The notes: generated by a model from the sequence alone, not told the origin. A stretch of 64,000 nucleotides of DNA from Desulfatiglandales bacterium (GCA_963662465.1 OY759599.1:6176001-6240000), one strand, 5' to 3'. Shown: positions 1-11,256, counted from the stretch's first letter. A program made the numbers and translations.

Positions 1-159
1 TCCCCGGAAGAGATTTTAACCGCTCAAAAGGCCGGTTTTTCCCCCGTTTCCATGGGCGCCAGGATTTTAAGATCCGAAACCGCAGCCGTGACGCTGGTAG
101 CTGTTGTTCAGTATGAATGGGGGGATTTAAACGCAAACAAAGATTTCGATCCTTTTTGA
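1..159 (+). CDS. rsmE: 16S rRNA m3U1498 methyltransferase RsmE, 3' end (gene starts before the window)
   Basis: Frame +1 reads SPEEILTAQKAGFSPVSMGARILRSETAAVTLVAVVQYEWGDL...*, containing the RsmE C-terminal (L/M)GxRILRxETA motif; TGA at 157-159. Confidence 0.85.
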   Translation, partial: SPEEILTAQKAGFSPVSMGARILRSETAAVTLVAVVQYEWGDLNANKDFDPF

Positions 160-185
160 TCCGGCAGATGATTTGAGAAACTTCC

Positions 186-214
186 TTGACCTGTTTCAGC
201 CCATTCCTTATACT
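186..214 (+). promoter_or_regulatory. putative sigma70 promoter of the rhodanese gene
   Basis: TTGACC (186-191), 17 nt, TATACT (209-214). Confidence 0.5.
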
Positions 215-315
215 TACCTAAATATACAGACTCGAAAGAGGGAGGGGGGTGAAGATGGCGCTTTTCCGGGTCAAATGAAAAATACAACTATTTTTACAAA
301 CAGGAGGTTTTTAGG

Positions 316-867
316 ATGAAAAAGAAAATCATGTTCGCACTCGTTTTTATGCTGTTGCTGGGAACGGCAGCCCTGACATTTGCGGGAGACAACCCGCTGC
401 GGGCCGAAGAAAAAAGGGTGAATGCAAGCTTCGCGGCGTTGATTCCGGCCGATAAGATTATCGGTGTGGACCAATTCTATCAGGTTTATCAGGATGTCAT
501 GGCAGGCAAGAAAAAGGCCTACCTCATCGACGTGAGAACACATCCTGAGTTTTACGCCTTTCACATCGAGGGAACCGATCATATTCATTCCGGCCACATG
601 TATACCATTCCGAAAAAGATCACGGATCCCAACGCAGAGATCTATGTGTGGTGCCGCACCTCCGTTCGGGCCAAATATACCGCCGGGTTCCTTTATAAAT
701 ATGGCTACAAAAATGTCTACCTTGTCGACGGCGGGGTGGTGGCCTGGGCCAAGGCAGGACACCCCTTTGTGAACCAGTTCACGGGGAAATTCACCATCAA
801 CGAATATCGAAAAATTCCGTCAGATGTTGAAAAATCCTTCCGCGTAAGGGAATTTCATCCCTACTAG
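316..867 (+). CDS. exported rhodanese-like domain protein (sulfurtransferase family)
   Basis: Signal peptide MKKKIMFALVFMLLLGTAALTFA; LIDVRxxxEF, HIxG, active-site loop CRTSVRA and VYLVDGGVVAW motifs; RBS aggagg/agga upstream. Confidence 0.85.
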   Translation: MKKKIMFALVFMLLLGTAALTFAGDNPLRAEEKRVNASFAALIPADKIIGVDQFYQVYQDVMAGKKKAYLIDVRTHPEFYAFHIEGTDHIHSGHMYTIPKKITDPNAEIYVWCRTSVRAKYTAGFLYKYGYKNVYLVDGGVVAWAKAGHPFVNQFTGKFTINEYRKIPSDVEKSFRVREFHPY

Positions 868-895
868 CCAAGGTGTTTTATTAACGACTGCAAAA

Positions 896-937
896 AGGGG
901 GAAAGGGCACGACGTCCCTTCCCCCTGGGTCTTTTTT
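896..937 (+). terminator. intrinsic terminator-like hairpin
   Basis: agggggaaaggg...cccttccccct stem followed by tctttttt. Confidence 0.55.
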
Positions 938-955
938 GACGGGGATGGATAGCAA

Positions 956-1678
956 ATGAAAATTCTTGACGATCTGACATCGACGCTGCGCTTTGATGCT
1001 TCCGTAAAAGATATCCGTCAGGGGGTATTCCATACGGGCGTTTTGACCCGAAACTGCGGACTGGCCGCAACGCTGCCCCGGGATGCCCTCAGGCAAAAAC
1101 CGCCCATGGTGGCGGAACCGGGTCTGTTATTGAACAAGAGCCCCGAGGATCTGGTCGGGATGGCCTACTCGGAACGGCTGCTGGAAGCGGCCATCGGCAT
1201 GGCCGCCATCAATTCCCTGTTGGAATTTGACGCCGACAACTGTGTGGAGCGTAATGCCGCCGAATTGATTCTTGAAAAAGGCACGGGAAAAAAAATCGCC
1301 ATTGTGGGGCATTTCCCCTTTATCCCCAAAATTCGGAAACGTGCCGATGAACTCTGGGTTATTGAAAAGAACAAGGGAGAGGGGGACCATGACGAGGACG
1401 AGGCCGACGCGCTCATTCCCCGTGCCCATGTGGTGGCCATGACCGGGACGGCGTTGACCAACCATACCATGGATCACCTCCTTGGCCTATGTGACCCCAA
1501 GGCCTATGTGATTCTGCTGGGCGATACGGTTCCCCTGTCCCCGGTTCTCTTTGACTACGGTGTGGATGCCCTGTGCGGCACACAGGTGGTGGATGTTGAG
1601 ATGGCGCTTCGCTGCGTCAGCCAGGGGGCGAATTTCAGGCAGATCCGGGGCACCCGGAAGCTGACCCTGACAAAATAA
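956..1678 (+). CDS. DUF364 family (Rossmann-like, putative heavy-metal chelation) protein
   Basis: AAIGMAAINSLL, KIAIVGHFP, TGTALTNHT motifs typical of DUF364 proteins. Confidence 0.75.
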   Translation: MKILDDLTSTLRFDASVKDIRQGVFHTGVLTRNCGLAATLPRDALRQKPPMVAEPGLLLNKSPEDLVGMAYSERLLEAAIGMAAINSLLEFDADNCVERNAAELILEKGTGKKIAIVGHFPFIPKIRKRADELWVIEKNKGEGDHDEDEADALIPRAHVVAMTGTALTNHTMDHLLGLCDPKAYVILLGDTVPLSPVLFDYGVDALCGTQVVDVEMALRCVSQGANFRQIRGTRKLTLTK

Positions 1679-1710
1679 AGATCGAGGATACCCCGAGGGG
1701 AGGAAAAACC

Positions 1711-3051
1711 ATGAAATTTGTGGTGATTGGCGGAGATGCGGCAGGCATGAGCGCTGCCAGCCGCGCCAAAAGAAACCAGCCGGAAATGGCAGTAACGGTC
1801 CTGGAACAGACCGAAGATGTTTCTTACAGTGCCTGCGGCATGCCCTACAATATCGCGAACCCGGCTCGGGAAATGGATGACCTGGTGGTCAGAAGCGCCC
1901 CCGTTTTCAGGGAAAAGCAAGGAATTGACCTCAGATGCGGACACCGGGTGGAAACCATTGACACAGCCGCCAAAAGCGTCAGCGGTCGAACCTCACAGGG
2001 AAAGGATTTCCAAATTTCATACGATAAGCTGCTTATCGCCACCGGCGCTTCTCCCATCATGCCCGACTTGCCGGGGTTTGACCTTCCCGGCGTCGTGGGA
2101 CTCAAAAGCCTGGATGACGGCAAGCGAATCAAACAATTCATCGGCGATTGGAACATCGAAAAGGTCGTCATTATCGGTATGGGATACATTGCGCTGGAAA
2201 TGGCTGAAGCCCTTCGCGCCAGGGACATTGACGTCCATATGGTGAAACCCCGGACCGTGTTTCTGCCCAATTTTGACGAGCAACTTGCGGCAATGGTGAG
2301 AGAAGAGGCGGAACGTAACGGGGTCAACCTGCATTTGGGGCACACGGTCAGTGAAATCCAAAAAACCGATGGAAATCTGAAGGTCGTATGTCCGGACCTG
2401 GCCATTGAAGGACAAATGGTGTTGGTCAATATCGGGGTTCGGCCCAACAGCCGAATGGCTGAAATGGCCGGCATTGAATTAGGGGTTTCCAAAGCCATTG
2501 CCGTGGATCGGTCTCTGCTGACATCCAACCGGGACATTTATGCCGCCGGCGACTGTGCCGATGCCTACCATGTGGTCACCGGAAAGAAAACCTGGGTCCC
2601 TCTGGCCTTGTGGGCCAGTCGGGGCGGCTGGGCCGTAGCGGACCATGTTTCGGGCAAGGACGTAAACCTTCAGGGCGTTGCTGGAACAGCGGTCTTCAAG
2701 GTGTTTGACCTCCAGGTGGCCGGCACGGGTTTGAATGTGGCAGAGGCCTTCAAAGCGGGATTTGATCCGGCGGCAGTCACCATCAAAAGCAGTAGCCGGG
2801 CCCATGCCCATCCGGGGTCAAAAACCATTTCCGTGCATATGGTGGGAGACCGAAAATCCGGGCGTTTACTGGGGGTCCAAATGGTCGGGCAAGAGGGGGC
2901 GGCCCATCGGATAAACGCTCCCGCGGTGGCCCTTTCCGCCGGCTTGACCGTTGAAGCATTCAGCCAGTGTGATCTGGCCTATGCACCGCCGTTTAGCCCG
3001 GTATGGGATCCCATGCTGACCGCTGCCAATCAGTTGTTGAAAAAGATGTAA
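1711..3051 (+). CDS. FAD-dependent CoA-disulfide reductase / NADH oxidase family flavoprotein
   Basis: GGDAAGMSAA FAD motif, redox Cys in SYSACGMPY, GMGYIALE NAD motif, IYAAGDC, C-terminal DLAYAPPFSP. Confidence 0.88.
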   Translation: MKFVVIGGDAAGMSAASRAKRNQPEMAVTVLEQTEDVSYSACGMPYNIANPAREMDDLVVRSAPVFREKQGIDLRCGHRVETIDTAAKSVSGRTSQGKDFQISYDKLLIATGASPIMPDLPGFDLPGVVGLKSLDDGKRIKQFIGDWNIEKVVIIGMGYIALEMAEALRARDIDVHMVKPRTVFLPNFDEQLAAMVREEAERNGVNLHLGHTVSEIQKTDGNLKVVCPDLAIEGQMVLVNIGVRPNSRMAEMAGIELGVSKAIAVDRSLLTSNRDIYAAGDCADAYHVVTGKKTWVPLALWASRGGWAVADHVSGKDVNLQGVAGTAVFKVFDLQVAGTGLNVAEAFKAGFDPAAVTIKSSSRAHAHPGSKTISVHMVGDRKSGRLLGVQMVGQEGAAHRINAPAVALSAGLTVEAFSQCDLAYAPPFSPVWDPMLTAANQLLKKM

Positions 3052-3079
3052 AATGATCTAAAACATAAGGAGAAATTCC

Positions 3080-3418
3080 ATGATTCGCGCAAAACTCTGG
3101 TTTCGATGCGCCGCCATGCATGATCCGGTTACCCCCACCATTTTGAAACCCGCCATCATCAGTTGGGAGGCCAAACAAAGGCAGGTGGATTTGACCATTG
3201 AACGTGCCTTCAATGGCGATGAACTGATCATGCGCATGAAGGGCTGGGTCACGGTAGATGTAAAAAAAGCCATTGCGGCGGTCAAGAAAAGGGGACGACT
3301 CAAAATCCTGGATGACCGCGAACTGGTGGTGGAATTTGAATCGGAAGAAGACTTCAAGGCATTGAACGCTGAACTGGCCGAAACTTTCGGAGACCAGCTA
3401 AACATGGATCGGATATAA
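3080..3418 (+). CDS. conserved hypothetical protein
   Basis: 112-aa ORF with aaggag RBS, co-directional with neighbours. Confidence 0.7.
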   Translation: MIRAKLWFRCAAMHDPVTPTILKPAIISWEAKQRQVDLTIERAFNGDELIMRMKGWVTVDVKKAIAAVKKRGRLKILDDRELVVEFESEEDFKALNAELAETFGDQLNMDRI

Positions 3419-3423
3419 CTTCC

Positions 3424-3699
3424 ATGGATTCCGATCCCGTTGAAATACCTGTCGACGGCGTTCTGGACCTTCATGCCTTTGCGCCCAAAGATGCCGGCTC
3501 GGTGGTCGATGAGTATCTGTGGGCGTGCCTGCAAAAAGGGATTCTTGAGGTAAGGATCATTCACGGAAAGGGAAAAGGGGTGCTTCGCCGCACGGTGCAT
3601 GCCCGCCTTATGAAACACCCGGATGTTGTCCGGTATCAACTGGATGACGGCGCCTCGGGGTGGGGCGCCACCCTGGTGCGGCTCAAAAAGGATGCATAG
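3424..3699 (+). CDS. Smr/MutS2 C-terminal domain protein
   Basis: LDLHAF, VRIIHGKGKGVLR and GWGATLV motifs. Confidence 0.88.
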   Translation: MDSDPVEIPVDGVLDLHAFAPKDAGSVVDEYLWACLQKGILEVRIIHGKGKGVLRRTVHARLMKHPDVVRYQLDDGASGWGATLVRLKKDA

Positions 3700-4897
3700 G
3701 GCTCTCCCTGAGGGCTTTGAACATGCGGTTTTTGTCCAACGGCCGGACCTCCCGAACAATCCATTCCCGGAATGCGTCTCCCTGGGGGGTGGACTGCTTA
3801 TAGCTCATCAAATCCAATTGAACACCAAGCGCTTCGGAAACCCTGGTTGCCAAAATGGGCCAAATCTCACCGATATCGCCCACTATGGGGAGGCTGCCCG
3901 GGATCCTGGCAAACCCGGACATCTCCATTCGAAAGGGAATGTCCATGGACTTTGTTTTGGGCAGGCCCCGGTCCACGGCCCTGGATACGCTCCCTTCCTT
4001 TCGCTCATGCTGCCATGCCTTTTCCAGGGAGGGGTCCAGATCGATCCGTAAAATCTTCTTTTTCGCTAGGGAATACGTCCGATCCCCTTCCCAGTGGGAC
4101 CAGATCCCATGACCGGTGTAGCGTTCAAAGGGGCCGTCATGGATTTCCTGGCTCAGGGCCACGGCGGATTCAATGATCACGTCAGCGCCAGCCAGAAGAT
4201 CCGCGATCTCGCGGCAGCGTTGGGAAATGGAAATAGAGTCCCCAATTGACAGTCCCACTTCTCCCCCCCCCACCAGTTGGGGGACGGTTACCAGGACCGG
4301 GACTTTTTTTTGCGCCCCCGCGCCGATCATGGTGTAAGGATCCGCCCCGAAGCCCGCCACCTGTTCAAAAGGGAGGCCGTATCGCCGGGCCAGTGCCAGC
4401 ACATCCCGTGCCAGCCGCTCCGTGCGAAGCCCGGTGGGATAGGCCATATTTCCCGCTACCTTGGTAATCACGTCCCCTCTGGTCCCGATCATTCTGCGAT
4501 ACAGATCCATATCAAAGGGGATCTCATGTTCATAGGATATCAACTGATCCAGTGAAGCCAGGCTGACCTCAAGCCGACCATCGACGGGGAGCAGATCCCG
4601 GTCAATCCCCAAGTGTTGGCCATCCACCCGTTTGACCTTTTCCAGTGCCCCTGCCATCTCATGACTGACCACTGCGGAACTGGTGCTCACCCCATCGATG
4701 AGTCCTTTGTGAATCAACTCCGCGATCAGGGTGGTTACCCCCTCATGGATATTGGGACCGCTGCCTACTACCGCAACGATTTTGCCGTTATTTTTTTTAG
4801 TTTTCACCATGATGTCGATGGCCTGGTCTACCCGGCGTCTGGTTTCTTCAGGAAGGCCCTGGTATAAAGCATCGATAGCAGTATGATCAATGGTCAT
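3683..4897 (-). CDS. hypothetical protein, possibly deoxyhypusine-synthase-like fold
   Basis: 404-aa ORF; GKIVAVVGSGPNIHEG...GVSTSSAVVSHE resembles the N-terminal part of DHS-like proteins (weak, from memory). Confidence 0.6.
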   Translation of the reverse strand: MTIDHTAIDALYQGLPEETRRRVDQAIDIMVKTKKNNGKIVAVVGSGPNIHEGVTTLIAELIHKGLIDGVSTSSAVVSHEMAGALEKVKRVDGQHLGIDRDLLPVDGRLEVSLASLDQLISYEHEIPFDMDLYRRMIGTRGDVITKVAGNMAYPTGLRTERLARDVLALARRYGLPFEQVAGFGADPYTMIGAGAQKKVPVLVTVPQLVGGGEVGLSIGDSISISQRCREIADLLAGADVIIESAVALSQEIHDGPFERYTGHGIWSHWEGDRTYSLAKKKILRIDLDPSLEKAWQHERKEGSVSRAVDRGLPKTKSMDIPFRMEMSGFARIPGSLPIVGDIGEIWPILATRVSEALGVQLDLMSYKQSTPQGDAFREWIVREVRPLDKNRMFKALRESPMHPF

Positions 4898-4908
4898 GGA
4901 TAACCTCT

Positions 4909-6201
4909 TTAGCTTTTAAGTTTTTTGATAACCTCGGCATGCTGGTGTGCCGCAGCCCGTGTTTGAAGCACCGCGGCCCTGGCACGTCGGCCCATGGCGC
5001 TTGCTTTTTCCGGATGGGTCAGCAGCCACAAAACTTTTTCCGCCAGGTCTTCGGGGCTCAAAACCGGCAGGCTGCCTCCCGAGGCTTCCAGGATATCTTT
5101 GGCATCCTGGAAATCCTCCATATGGGGTCCATAAAGGACCGGTTTTTCCCATATGGCCGGTTCCAGGGGATTCTGTCCCCCCAGGGGAACCAGGCTTGCG
5201 CCGCAGAATACTAAGGTTGCCACGCTGTAGATATTGAATAGCTCACCAAAGGTATCCATCACCAGGATTTGCGCTGTTCTCAAGGCTTTCCCCCGACCGA
5301 TTTCCGTTCTCAACTGGTATTGAAATCCCCGATCACGGATCAAGGCGCAAATATCGGGGGTCCGGTTGATATGCCGGGGCGCCAGAATCAACAGTACATT
5401 CGGAAATTCCAGGAGAATCTTCCTATAAACATCCAGCAGCATCGCCTCTTCTCCCCCACGGGTGCTGCCAGCAACCATCACCGGTTCAGAGGATTCCAGG
5501 TTCAGTATCCGCCGCATTTTCAGCGCCACGGCAGGGTCCTGAGCAGTGTTCAAATGGTCGTACTTGGCATTTCCATTGACCTGGATTTTTTCCGGCAAGG
5601 CGCCCATGGCATGGATACGGCGGGCGTCTGTTTCGGAGATCATACTGAAGGCATCAAAATTTTTCAGTACCATTTTAAAAAAAGGTTTAAACCGCAAATA
5701 TCCTTTAAGGGATCGCGGGGAAATGCGACCATTGATCAGGACGGTTTTGATGCCCATTTTCCGCGCCGTAAAAATCCAGGCCGGCCATATTTCCGTTTCC
5801 AGAAAAACCATCACATCCGGTCGTACGGCGGATAAGGCCTTGAACACGCAAACCGGCAGGTCCAGGGGTGCATAGACCACCGGGATGTCCTCTTCAAAGG
5901 TCTCAAGGGCAAGATTTCGGCCATGTTCCGTCACCGTCGAAACGAGGACGGCGCAACCGGGCAGTTTCACCCGCAGCGCTTTGATAATGGCCGCGGCGAC
6001 CCGGATTTCCCCCAGGGACGCCCCATGAATCCAGATCCTGGGGCGGCCTGAAAGGGATTCAACGGTTCTTTTCGGTAAAACCCCCAGACGCTCCTGAAAA
6101 TGCTTTTGAAAAAGGTGCGTTATGGAAACGTACAGGTAAACAAACGGAAAAAGGAATAAAACCAGACCTGTGGTCAAGACTCCGTATATGGCGTAAAACA
6201 C
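4909..6201 (-). CDS. waaA: 3-deoxy-D-manno-octulosonic-acid (Kdo) transferase
   Basis: IWIHGASLGE, YAPLD, ETEIWP, NGRIS, GNAKYD, AGSTRGGEE, APRH, GGQNPLEPA motifs; GTG start. Confidence 0.93.
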   Translation of the reverse strand: MFYAIYGVLTTGLVLFLFPFVYLYVSITHLFQKHFQERLGVLPKRTVESLSGRPRIWIHGASLGEIRVAAAIIKALRVKLPGCAVLVSTVTEHGRNLALETFEEDIPVVYAPLDLPVCVFKALSAVRPDVMVFLETEIWPAWIFTARKMGIKTVLINGRISPRSLKGYLRFKPFFKMVLKNFDAFSMISETDARRIHAMGALPEKIQVNGNAKYDHLNTAQDPAVALKMRRILNLESSEPVMVAGSTRGGEEAMLLDVYRKILLEFPNVLLILAPRHINRTPDICALIRDRGFQYQLRTEIGRGKALRTAQILVMDTFGELFNIYSVATLVFCGASLVPLGGQNPLEPAIWEKPVLYGPHMEDFQDAKDILEASGGSLPVLSPEDLAEKVLWLLTHPEKASAMGRRARAAVLQTRAAAHQHAEVIKKLKS

Positions 6202-6222
6202 GTTTGGACTCCTTATGAGAAT

Positions 6223-7734
6223 CTACTCCACCCAATGAAATGTTCGCTCGACGGCTCTTTTCCAGTTCCTGTAGCCGGCTTCTCTCTCCTTTTCGGGGAG
6301 GGTCGGCTGCCAGGAACGATCTTCAGACCAGTTTTGCCCCAACTCTTCCCGGCTGGACCAGAAGCCCACTGCCAGTCCGGCAGCGTAGGCGGCGCCCAGT
6401 GCCGTGGTTTCACTGACCCGGGGCCGAATCACGGGAACATTAAGGATGTCTGACTGGATCTGCATCAATAAGTTGTTTGCCACCATGCCCCCATCCACCT
6501 TGAGGCTGGGCAGCGGGTGACCGGCATCCTTTTTCATGGCGTCCACAATATCCCGGGTTTGATAGGCGCAGGCTTCCAGTACGGCCCGCGCCATGTGCCC
6601 CTTGTGGATATATCGGGTCAACCCCACCATAACCCCACGGGCATCGTCCCGCCAGTAAGGGGCGAACAGGCCGGAAAAGGCGGGGACAATAAACATGCCG
6701 CCATTGTCCTCGACGGTGCCGGCCAGGGCTTCGATGTCAGGGGCCGTTTTGATCAAACCAAGGTTGTCTCGAAACCATTGCACCAGGGCCCCGGCCATTG
6801 CGATGGATCCCTCAAGGGCGTAGATCGGTTCATGGCCGCTCATCTGGTATGCCACCGTGGTGATGAGGCCATGCTTTGACGGAACGGGTTCCGAACCGGT
6901 GTTGAGCAACAGAAAACAACCGGTGCCATAGGTGTTCTTGGCGTCCCCTTTTTCGAAACAGGCTTGACCCACCAGGGCCGCCTGCTGATCCCCCAGTGCC
7001 CCGCAAACGGGCGCCTCGGCGCCCAAAGGACCATCATGGGCCGTGAGTCCCCAGAAGTTTTCGTCGGAGGATGGAACGATTTCGGGCAGCATTTGTCGGG
7101 GGATGTCGAGGACTTCCAGAATGTGGTTGTCCCAGGATAGGGTCTTGAGGTCCATGAGCAGGGTTCGGCCGGCATTGGTGACATCGGTTACGTGTGTCCC
7201 CCTGCCGGGTCCTCCGGTAAGCCACCAGATAAGCCAGGTTTCTATGGTGCCGAAGATGGCATCCCCATTCAAAGCAGCCTTTTTCGCTTCCGGAACATGA
7301 TCCAGTATCCATTTAATCTTGGGGCCGGAAAAATAGGCGGCAACGGGAAGTCCCGTCGTTTTCCGGAACCGATCCTGACCGCCGTCTTTAATGAGCGTCC
7401 GGCAGATGCCGTCCGTACGGGTACACTGCCAGACGATGGCGTTGCCGTAGGGTTTTCCCGTGTGTCGGTTCCAGACCACTGTGGTTTCCCGCTGATTGGT
7501 GATGCCGATGGCGGCGAGATCCCGACCTTTCAACCCGGCTTTGGCGAGAGCGCCCCTGATCACCTTCCGGGTATTATTCCAGATTTCCAGAGGGTCGTGT
7601 TCCACCCAGCCGGGTTGAGGAAATAGCTGTTGGTGTTCTTTTTGATCCAATGCCGCTACGCGTCCCCCATGGTCAAAAACAATAAACCGGGTGCTGGTGG
7701 TTCCCTGATCCAACGCGCCTATGAATTTGCCCAT
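6223..7734 (-). CDS. glpK: glycerol kinase
   Basis: [48 protein letters not shown] motifs. Confidence 0.96.
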   Translation of the reverse strand: MGKFIGALDQGTTSTRFIVFDHGGRVAALDQKEHQQLFPQPGWVEHDPLEIWNNTRKVIRGALAKAGLKGRDLAAIGITNQRETTVVWNRHTGKPYGNAIVWQCTRTDGICRTLIKDGGQDRFRKTTGLPVAAYFSGPKIKWILDHVPEAKKAALNGDAIFGTIETWLIWWLTGGPGRGTHVTDVTNAGRTLLMDLKTLSWDNHILEVLDIPRQMLPEIVPSSDENFWGLTAHDGPLGAEAPVCGALGDQQAALVGQACFEKGDAKNTYGTGCFLLLNTGSEPVPSKHGLITTVAYQMSGHEPIYALEGSIAMAGALVQWFRDNLGLIKTAPDIEALAGTVEDNGGMFIVPAFSGLFAPYWRDDARGVMVGLTRYIHKGHMARAVLEACAYQTRDIVDAMKKDAGHPLPSLKVDGGMVANNLLMQIQSDILNVPVIRPRVSETTALGAAYAAGLAVGFWSSREELGQNWSEDRSWQPTLPEKEREAGYRNWKRAVERTFHWVE

Positions 7735-7921
7735 CGCTCAAACTCCGTCATTTGTAACTGTTTGAATGACGCCATCACTACCACGAACCGTTAAAAACAT
7801 CCAGGATCATCTCCCAATTTCAGATTGCAAAGCATCTGATCTTCATGGCAAAAAATGGTATTTTTTTAATGACTCCCATACATTGATATGATACCTTTCG
7901 TTCAAAATTTAATATCGCGGC

Positions 7922-9325
7922 TTGCCGCCAAGGGAGATGGAATCGGAAATGCTGTTTAAAAGAAACATTCTGTGCATCGGGGCCGGTTATGTGGGCGGTC
8001 CCACCATGGCCATGATCGCCTTTAAGTGTCCGCAATACAAGGTTACCGTGGTGGATATCAACCCCGATCGGATTGCGCAATGGAATTCCGACAACCTGCC
8101 CATTTATGAGCCCGGTCTTGACGAGGTGGTCAGGGCGGCCAGGGGGAAAAACCTCTTTTTCAGCACTGACATCGAAAAGGGAATTCGGGCGTCCGACGTT
8201 ATTTTTGTCAGCGTCAACACCCCCACCAAAACCTTCGGGGCCGGCGCCGGCATGGCTGCCGACCTTCAATACTGGGACAAAACAGCGCGGCAGATTCGAA
8301 AGCATTCTCGAAACAGCAAAATCATCGTTGAAAAAAGCACCCTGCCGGTAAAAACCGCCCAGGCCATGGAACGCATTCTCACATGCGGGGACAACGGCGT
8401 CTGTTTTGATGTTTTGTCGAACCCCGAATTTCTGGCCGAAGGCACGGCCATCAAGGATCTGGAAAATCCGGATCGGGTGCTCATCGGTTCTTCTCAAACG
8501 CCCGGCGGTTTAATGGCCCGGGATGTGCTTGTGGAGATCTACGCCAACTGGGTGCCCAAAGATAAAATTATCACCTCCAATATCTGGAGCAGTGAACTCT
8601 CCAAACTGGTGGCCAATGCTTTTCTGGCCCAGCGGATTTCATCCGTGAATGCCATCAGCGCCCTCTGCGAAAAGGCCGATGCCGACATCCAGGAGGTGAC
8701 GCGCGCCGTGGGCATGGACAGCAGGGTAGGGAGTAAATTCCTGAATGCCAGCGTCGGATTCGGTGGGTCCTGTTTTAAGAAAGATATCCTGAATCTGGTC
8801 TATATCTGCCGGCATTATGATCTCAAGGAGGTGGCGGATTACTGGGAGGGCGTGGTCAAAATCAACGCTTATCAAAAAGAACGGTTCATTCTCAACATGC
8901 TTCACGTCATGTTCAATACCCTGGCCGGGAAAAAAATCTGTTTGTTCGGTTTTGCTTTCAAAGCCGACACCGGGGATACCCGGGAAAGTCCGGCCATCCG
9001 GATCGCCAAACGGCTCATGGAAGAGAGAGCGGATCTGGTGATTTCCGACCCGAAGGCCATTGACAATGCCAGGGATGATTTAAAAGGAACACCTGGAACT
9101 GTTTCCTATGTTGAAGATCCCTATGAGGCAGCGGTCGGTTGCTGCGCCATCGCTGTCATGACCGAATGGTCCCTTTACAAGGGGCTGGATTACGAAAAAA
9201 TTTACCGCTCCATGGTGAAACCCGCCTTTGTGTTTGACGGCCGGAACGTTCTCGATCACCAGAGGCTGTTTGACATCGGGTTCAATGTCTTCCCCATCGG
9301 AAAACCACCCCTCACCCATTTTTAA
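7922..9325 (+). CDS. ugd: UDP-glucose 6-dehydrogenase (true start probably ATG at 7937 or 7949)
   Basis: [37 protein letters not shown] catalytic Cys motif. Confidence 0.94.
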   Translation: MPPREMESEMLFKRNILCIGAGYVGGPTMAMIAFKCPQYKVTVVDINPDRIAQWNSDNLPIYEPGLDEVVRAARGKNLFFSTDIEKGIRASDVIFVSVNTPTKTFGAGAGMAADLQYWDKTARQIRKHSRNSKIIVEKSTLPVKTAQAMERILTCGDNGVCFDVLSNPEFLAEGTAIKDLENPDRVLIGSSQTPGGLMARDVLVEIYANWVPKDKIITSNIWSSELSKLVANAFLAQRISSVNAISALCEKADADIQEVTRAVGMDSRVGSKFLNASVGFGGSCFKKDILNLVYICRHYDLKEVADYWEGVVKINAYQKERFILNMLHVMFNTLAGKKICLFGFAFKADTGDTRESPAIRIAKRLMEERADLVISDPKAIDNARDDLKGTPGTVSYVEDPYEAAVGCCAIAVMTEWSLYKGLDYEKIYRSMVKPAFVFDGRNVLDHQRLFDIGFNVFPIGKPPLTHF

Positions 9326-9342
9326 CCGGAGGTTTTAGGAAC

Positions 9343-10296
9343 ATGCTTCATCATCAAAAACGCATTCTGGTGACCGGCGGCGCGGGATTTTTAGGGTCCC
9401 ACCTCTGCGATCGCCTGATTCGAGAGGGCCATGACGTTTTATGCCTGGATAATTTCTTCACCGGAACAAAGCAGAACATTCTCCATCTGATGAAAAACCC
9501 CAATTTCGAACTGATCCGTCATGATCTGGCGTTCCCCATATTCCTGGAGGTGGATGAAATATTCAATCTGGCCTGCCCGGCATCCCCCATTCACTACCAG
9601 CATAATCCGGTGAAAACCGTCAAGACCAATGTGCTGGGATCCATCCATATGCTGGGGCTGGCCAAGCGGGTCCATGCCAAGATCCTGCAGGCCTCCACCA
9701 GCGAAGTCTATGGAGACCCTTCGGTTCACCCCCAAATGGAAAGCTACTGGGGAAATGTGAATACCATCGGGATAAGATCCTGTTATGATGAGGGGAAACG
9801 GTGTGCAGAAACCCTATTTTTTGATTACCACCGTCAGAACAATGTGAATATCCGGGTGGTTCGCATCTTCAATACCTACGGTCCCCGAATGCACCCCAAC
9901 GACGGCCGGGTGGTGAGCAATTTCATTGTTCAGGCGTTAAACAACCAGGATATCACGGTTTACGGAGATGGGACCCAGACCCGTTCCTTCTGTTATGTGG
10001 ATGATCTCATTGAAGGCATGGTCCGCATGATGAATGGTCCGGATGAATTCGTAGGCCCGGTGAACCTCGGAAACCCAACGGAATTCACCATCCTGGAATT
10101 GGCGGAAAAAATCATTCAAATGACCGGCAGCAGGTCCAAAATCGTTTTTCGGTCCCTTCCGCAGGATGATCCTTTGCAGCGTCAACCGGACATCTCACTG
10201 GCAAAGGAGAAGCTCCAGTGGGAACCGGGTATGCCGTTGGAACAGGGGCTCCAGAGTACCATCGCCTTTTTCAAGACTTTCCTGAAGGATGGATGA
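9343..10296 (+). CDS. uxs: UDP-glucuronic acid decarboxylase (UDP-xylose synthase), SDR family
   Basis: [46 protein letters not shown] motifs; adjacent to ugd. Confidence 0.9.
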   Translation: MLHHQKRILVTGGAGFLGSHLCDRLIREGHDVLCLDNFFTGTKQNILHLMKNPNFELIRHDLAFPIFLEVDEIFNLACPASPIHYQHNPVKTVKTNVLGSIHMLGLAKRVHAKILQASTSEVYGDPSVHPQMESYWGNVNTIGIRSCYDEGKRCAETLFFDYHRQNNVNIRVVRIFNTYGPRMHPNDGRVVSNFIVQALNNQDITVYGDGTQTRSFCYVDDLIEGMVRMMNGPDEFVGPVNLGNPTEFTILELAEKIIQMTGSRSKIVFRSLPQDDPLQRQPDISLAKEKLQWEPGMPLEQGLQSTIAFFKTFLKDG

Positions 10297-10309
10297 GGGG
10301 CAATAATAC

Positions 10310-10551
10310 GTAACCGTTCACGGTTGCCGGTTTACAGTTGCCGGTTCACGGTTTTTCAATGAATTATGGGTTTCCTTCATACAGATTTACACTTTCTTGA
10401 TGAATCGTTTTTTCAATTTTAATGAAGAATGCGGAATTATGTTGGGATTGATAACCGCAATTTTTTAAATCTTCACAAGAGGACCCCATAATCTTCCGTT
10501 ATCTTCTGTTTTTCAACTGTAAACCGGCAACCGTAAACCGTGAACGGTTAC
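10310..10551. mobile_element. MITE (242 bp) with GTAACCGTTCACGGTT terminal inverted repeats and an 8-bp target-site duplication; IS66-like ends
   Basis: Left end gtaaccgttcacggtt at 10310; right end aaccgtgaacggttac ending at 10551; AATAATAC directly flanks both sides (10302-10309, 10552-10559); subterminal 7-nt repeats. Confidence 0.85.
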
Positions 10552-10569
10552 AATAATACATGGGAACGA

Positions 10570-11256
10570 TCATGTTCCCCATACGCCATATACCACAAGA
10601 AGCCCCAGGGCAACCCCCATCATTCCGTATTCCCCCAAAGAAATCCGATACTTCCTGCGAAGGGTTCGTCCTCCTCGCGCAAATCCCCTGGATTCCATCG
10701 CCATGGCCAACTGCTCCGCCAGGACGAATGATTGCACCAGAAGCGGCATGAGCAGGGCCACGAAGTGGGGCACATTTCGAATCCTGGGCCTGAGATCAAT
10801 GCCCCTGGAACGTTGGGCATCCACGATGCGTCGGATCCTTATCCCCATGAAGGGAACGTACCGAAGCGAGGTGGTGAGGATGAAACAGAATTCATAGGGA
10901 ACTCCCATCTGTCTCAGACTTCGGCCCAGATCCTCGGGATCCATGCCATGAAAAAAGAGAAATGAGACGGTAAGGAGATTGAGCAACCGCAGGGAAAGCA
11001 TGAGAGCGGTGTCCGCATCAAAGGAGATGATGGAGATAACAAAGACCAGTCCCACCAGGGGCAGCAGCATTTTGAGGGAACGAATCCACGGCCCCGCCAT
11101 CTTGAACAGAAGGAGCCCCGCGCACAGGAGGCCCAGGGCCACGGTCAGGGGCAGGGTCTTTCCGGTCATGAGAATGGCGGCAATCCCCATGGCCCCCAGG
11201 GCCAGTTGTGTCCTTGGATCCAGCTTTGTTCTGGAATTTGCCTTCTTAATGCCCAC
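10570..11256 (-). CDS. ecfT: ECF transporter transmembrane component T (EcfT/CbiQ family); start approximate
   Basis: LDPRT, LRYVP, AQRSRG and AMESRG motifs. Confidence 0.88.
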   Translation of the reverse strand: MGIKKANSRTKLDPRTQLALGAMGIAAILMTGKTLPLTVALGLLCAGLLLFKMAGPWIRSLKMLLPLVGLVFVISIISFDADTALMLSLRLLNLLTVSFLFFHGMDPEDLGRSLRQMGVPYEFCFILTTSLRYVPFMGIRIRRIVDAQRSRGIDLRPRIRNVPHFVALLMPLLVQSFVLAEQLAMAMESRGFARGGRTLRRKYRISLGEYGMMGVALGLLVVYGVWGT

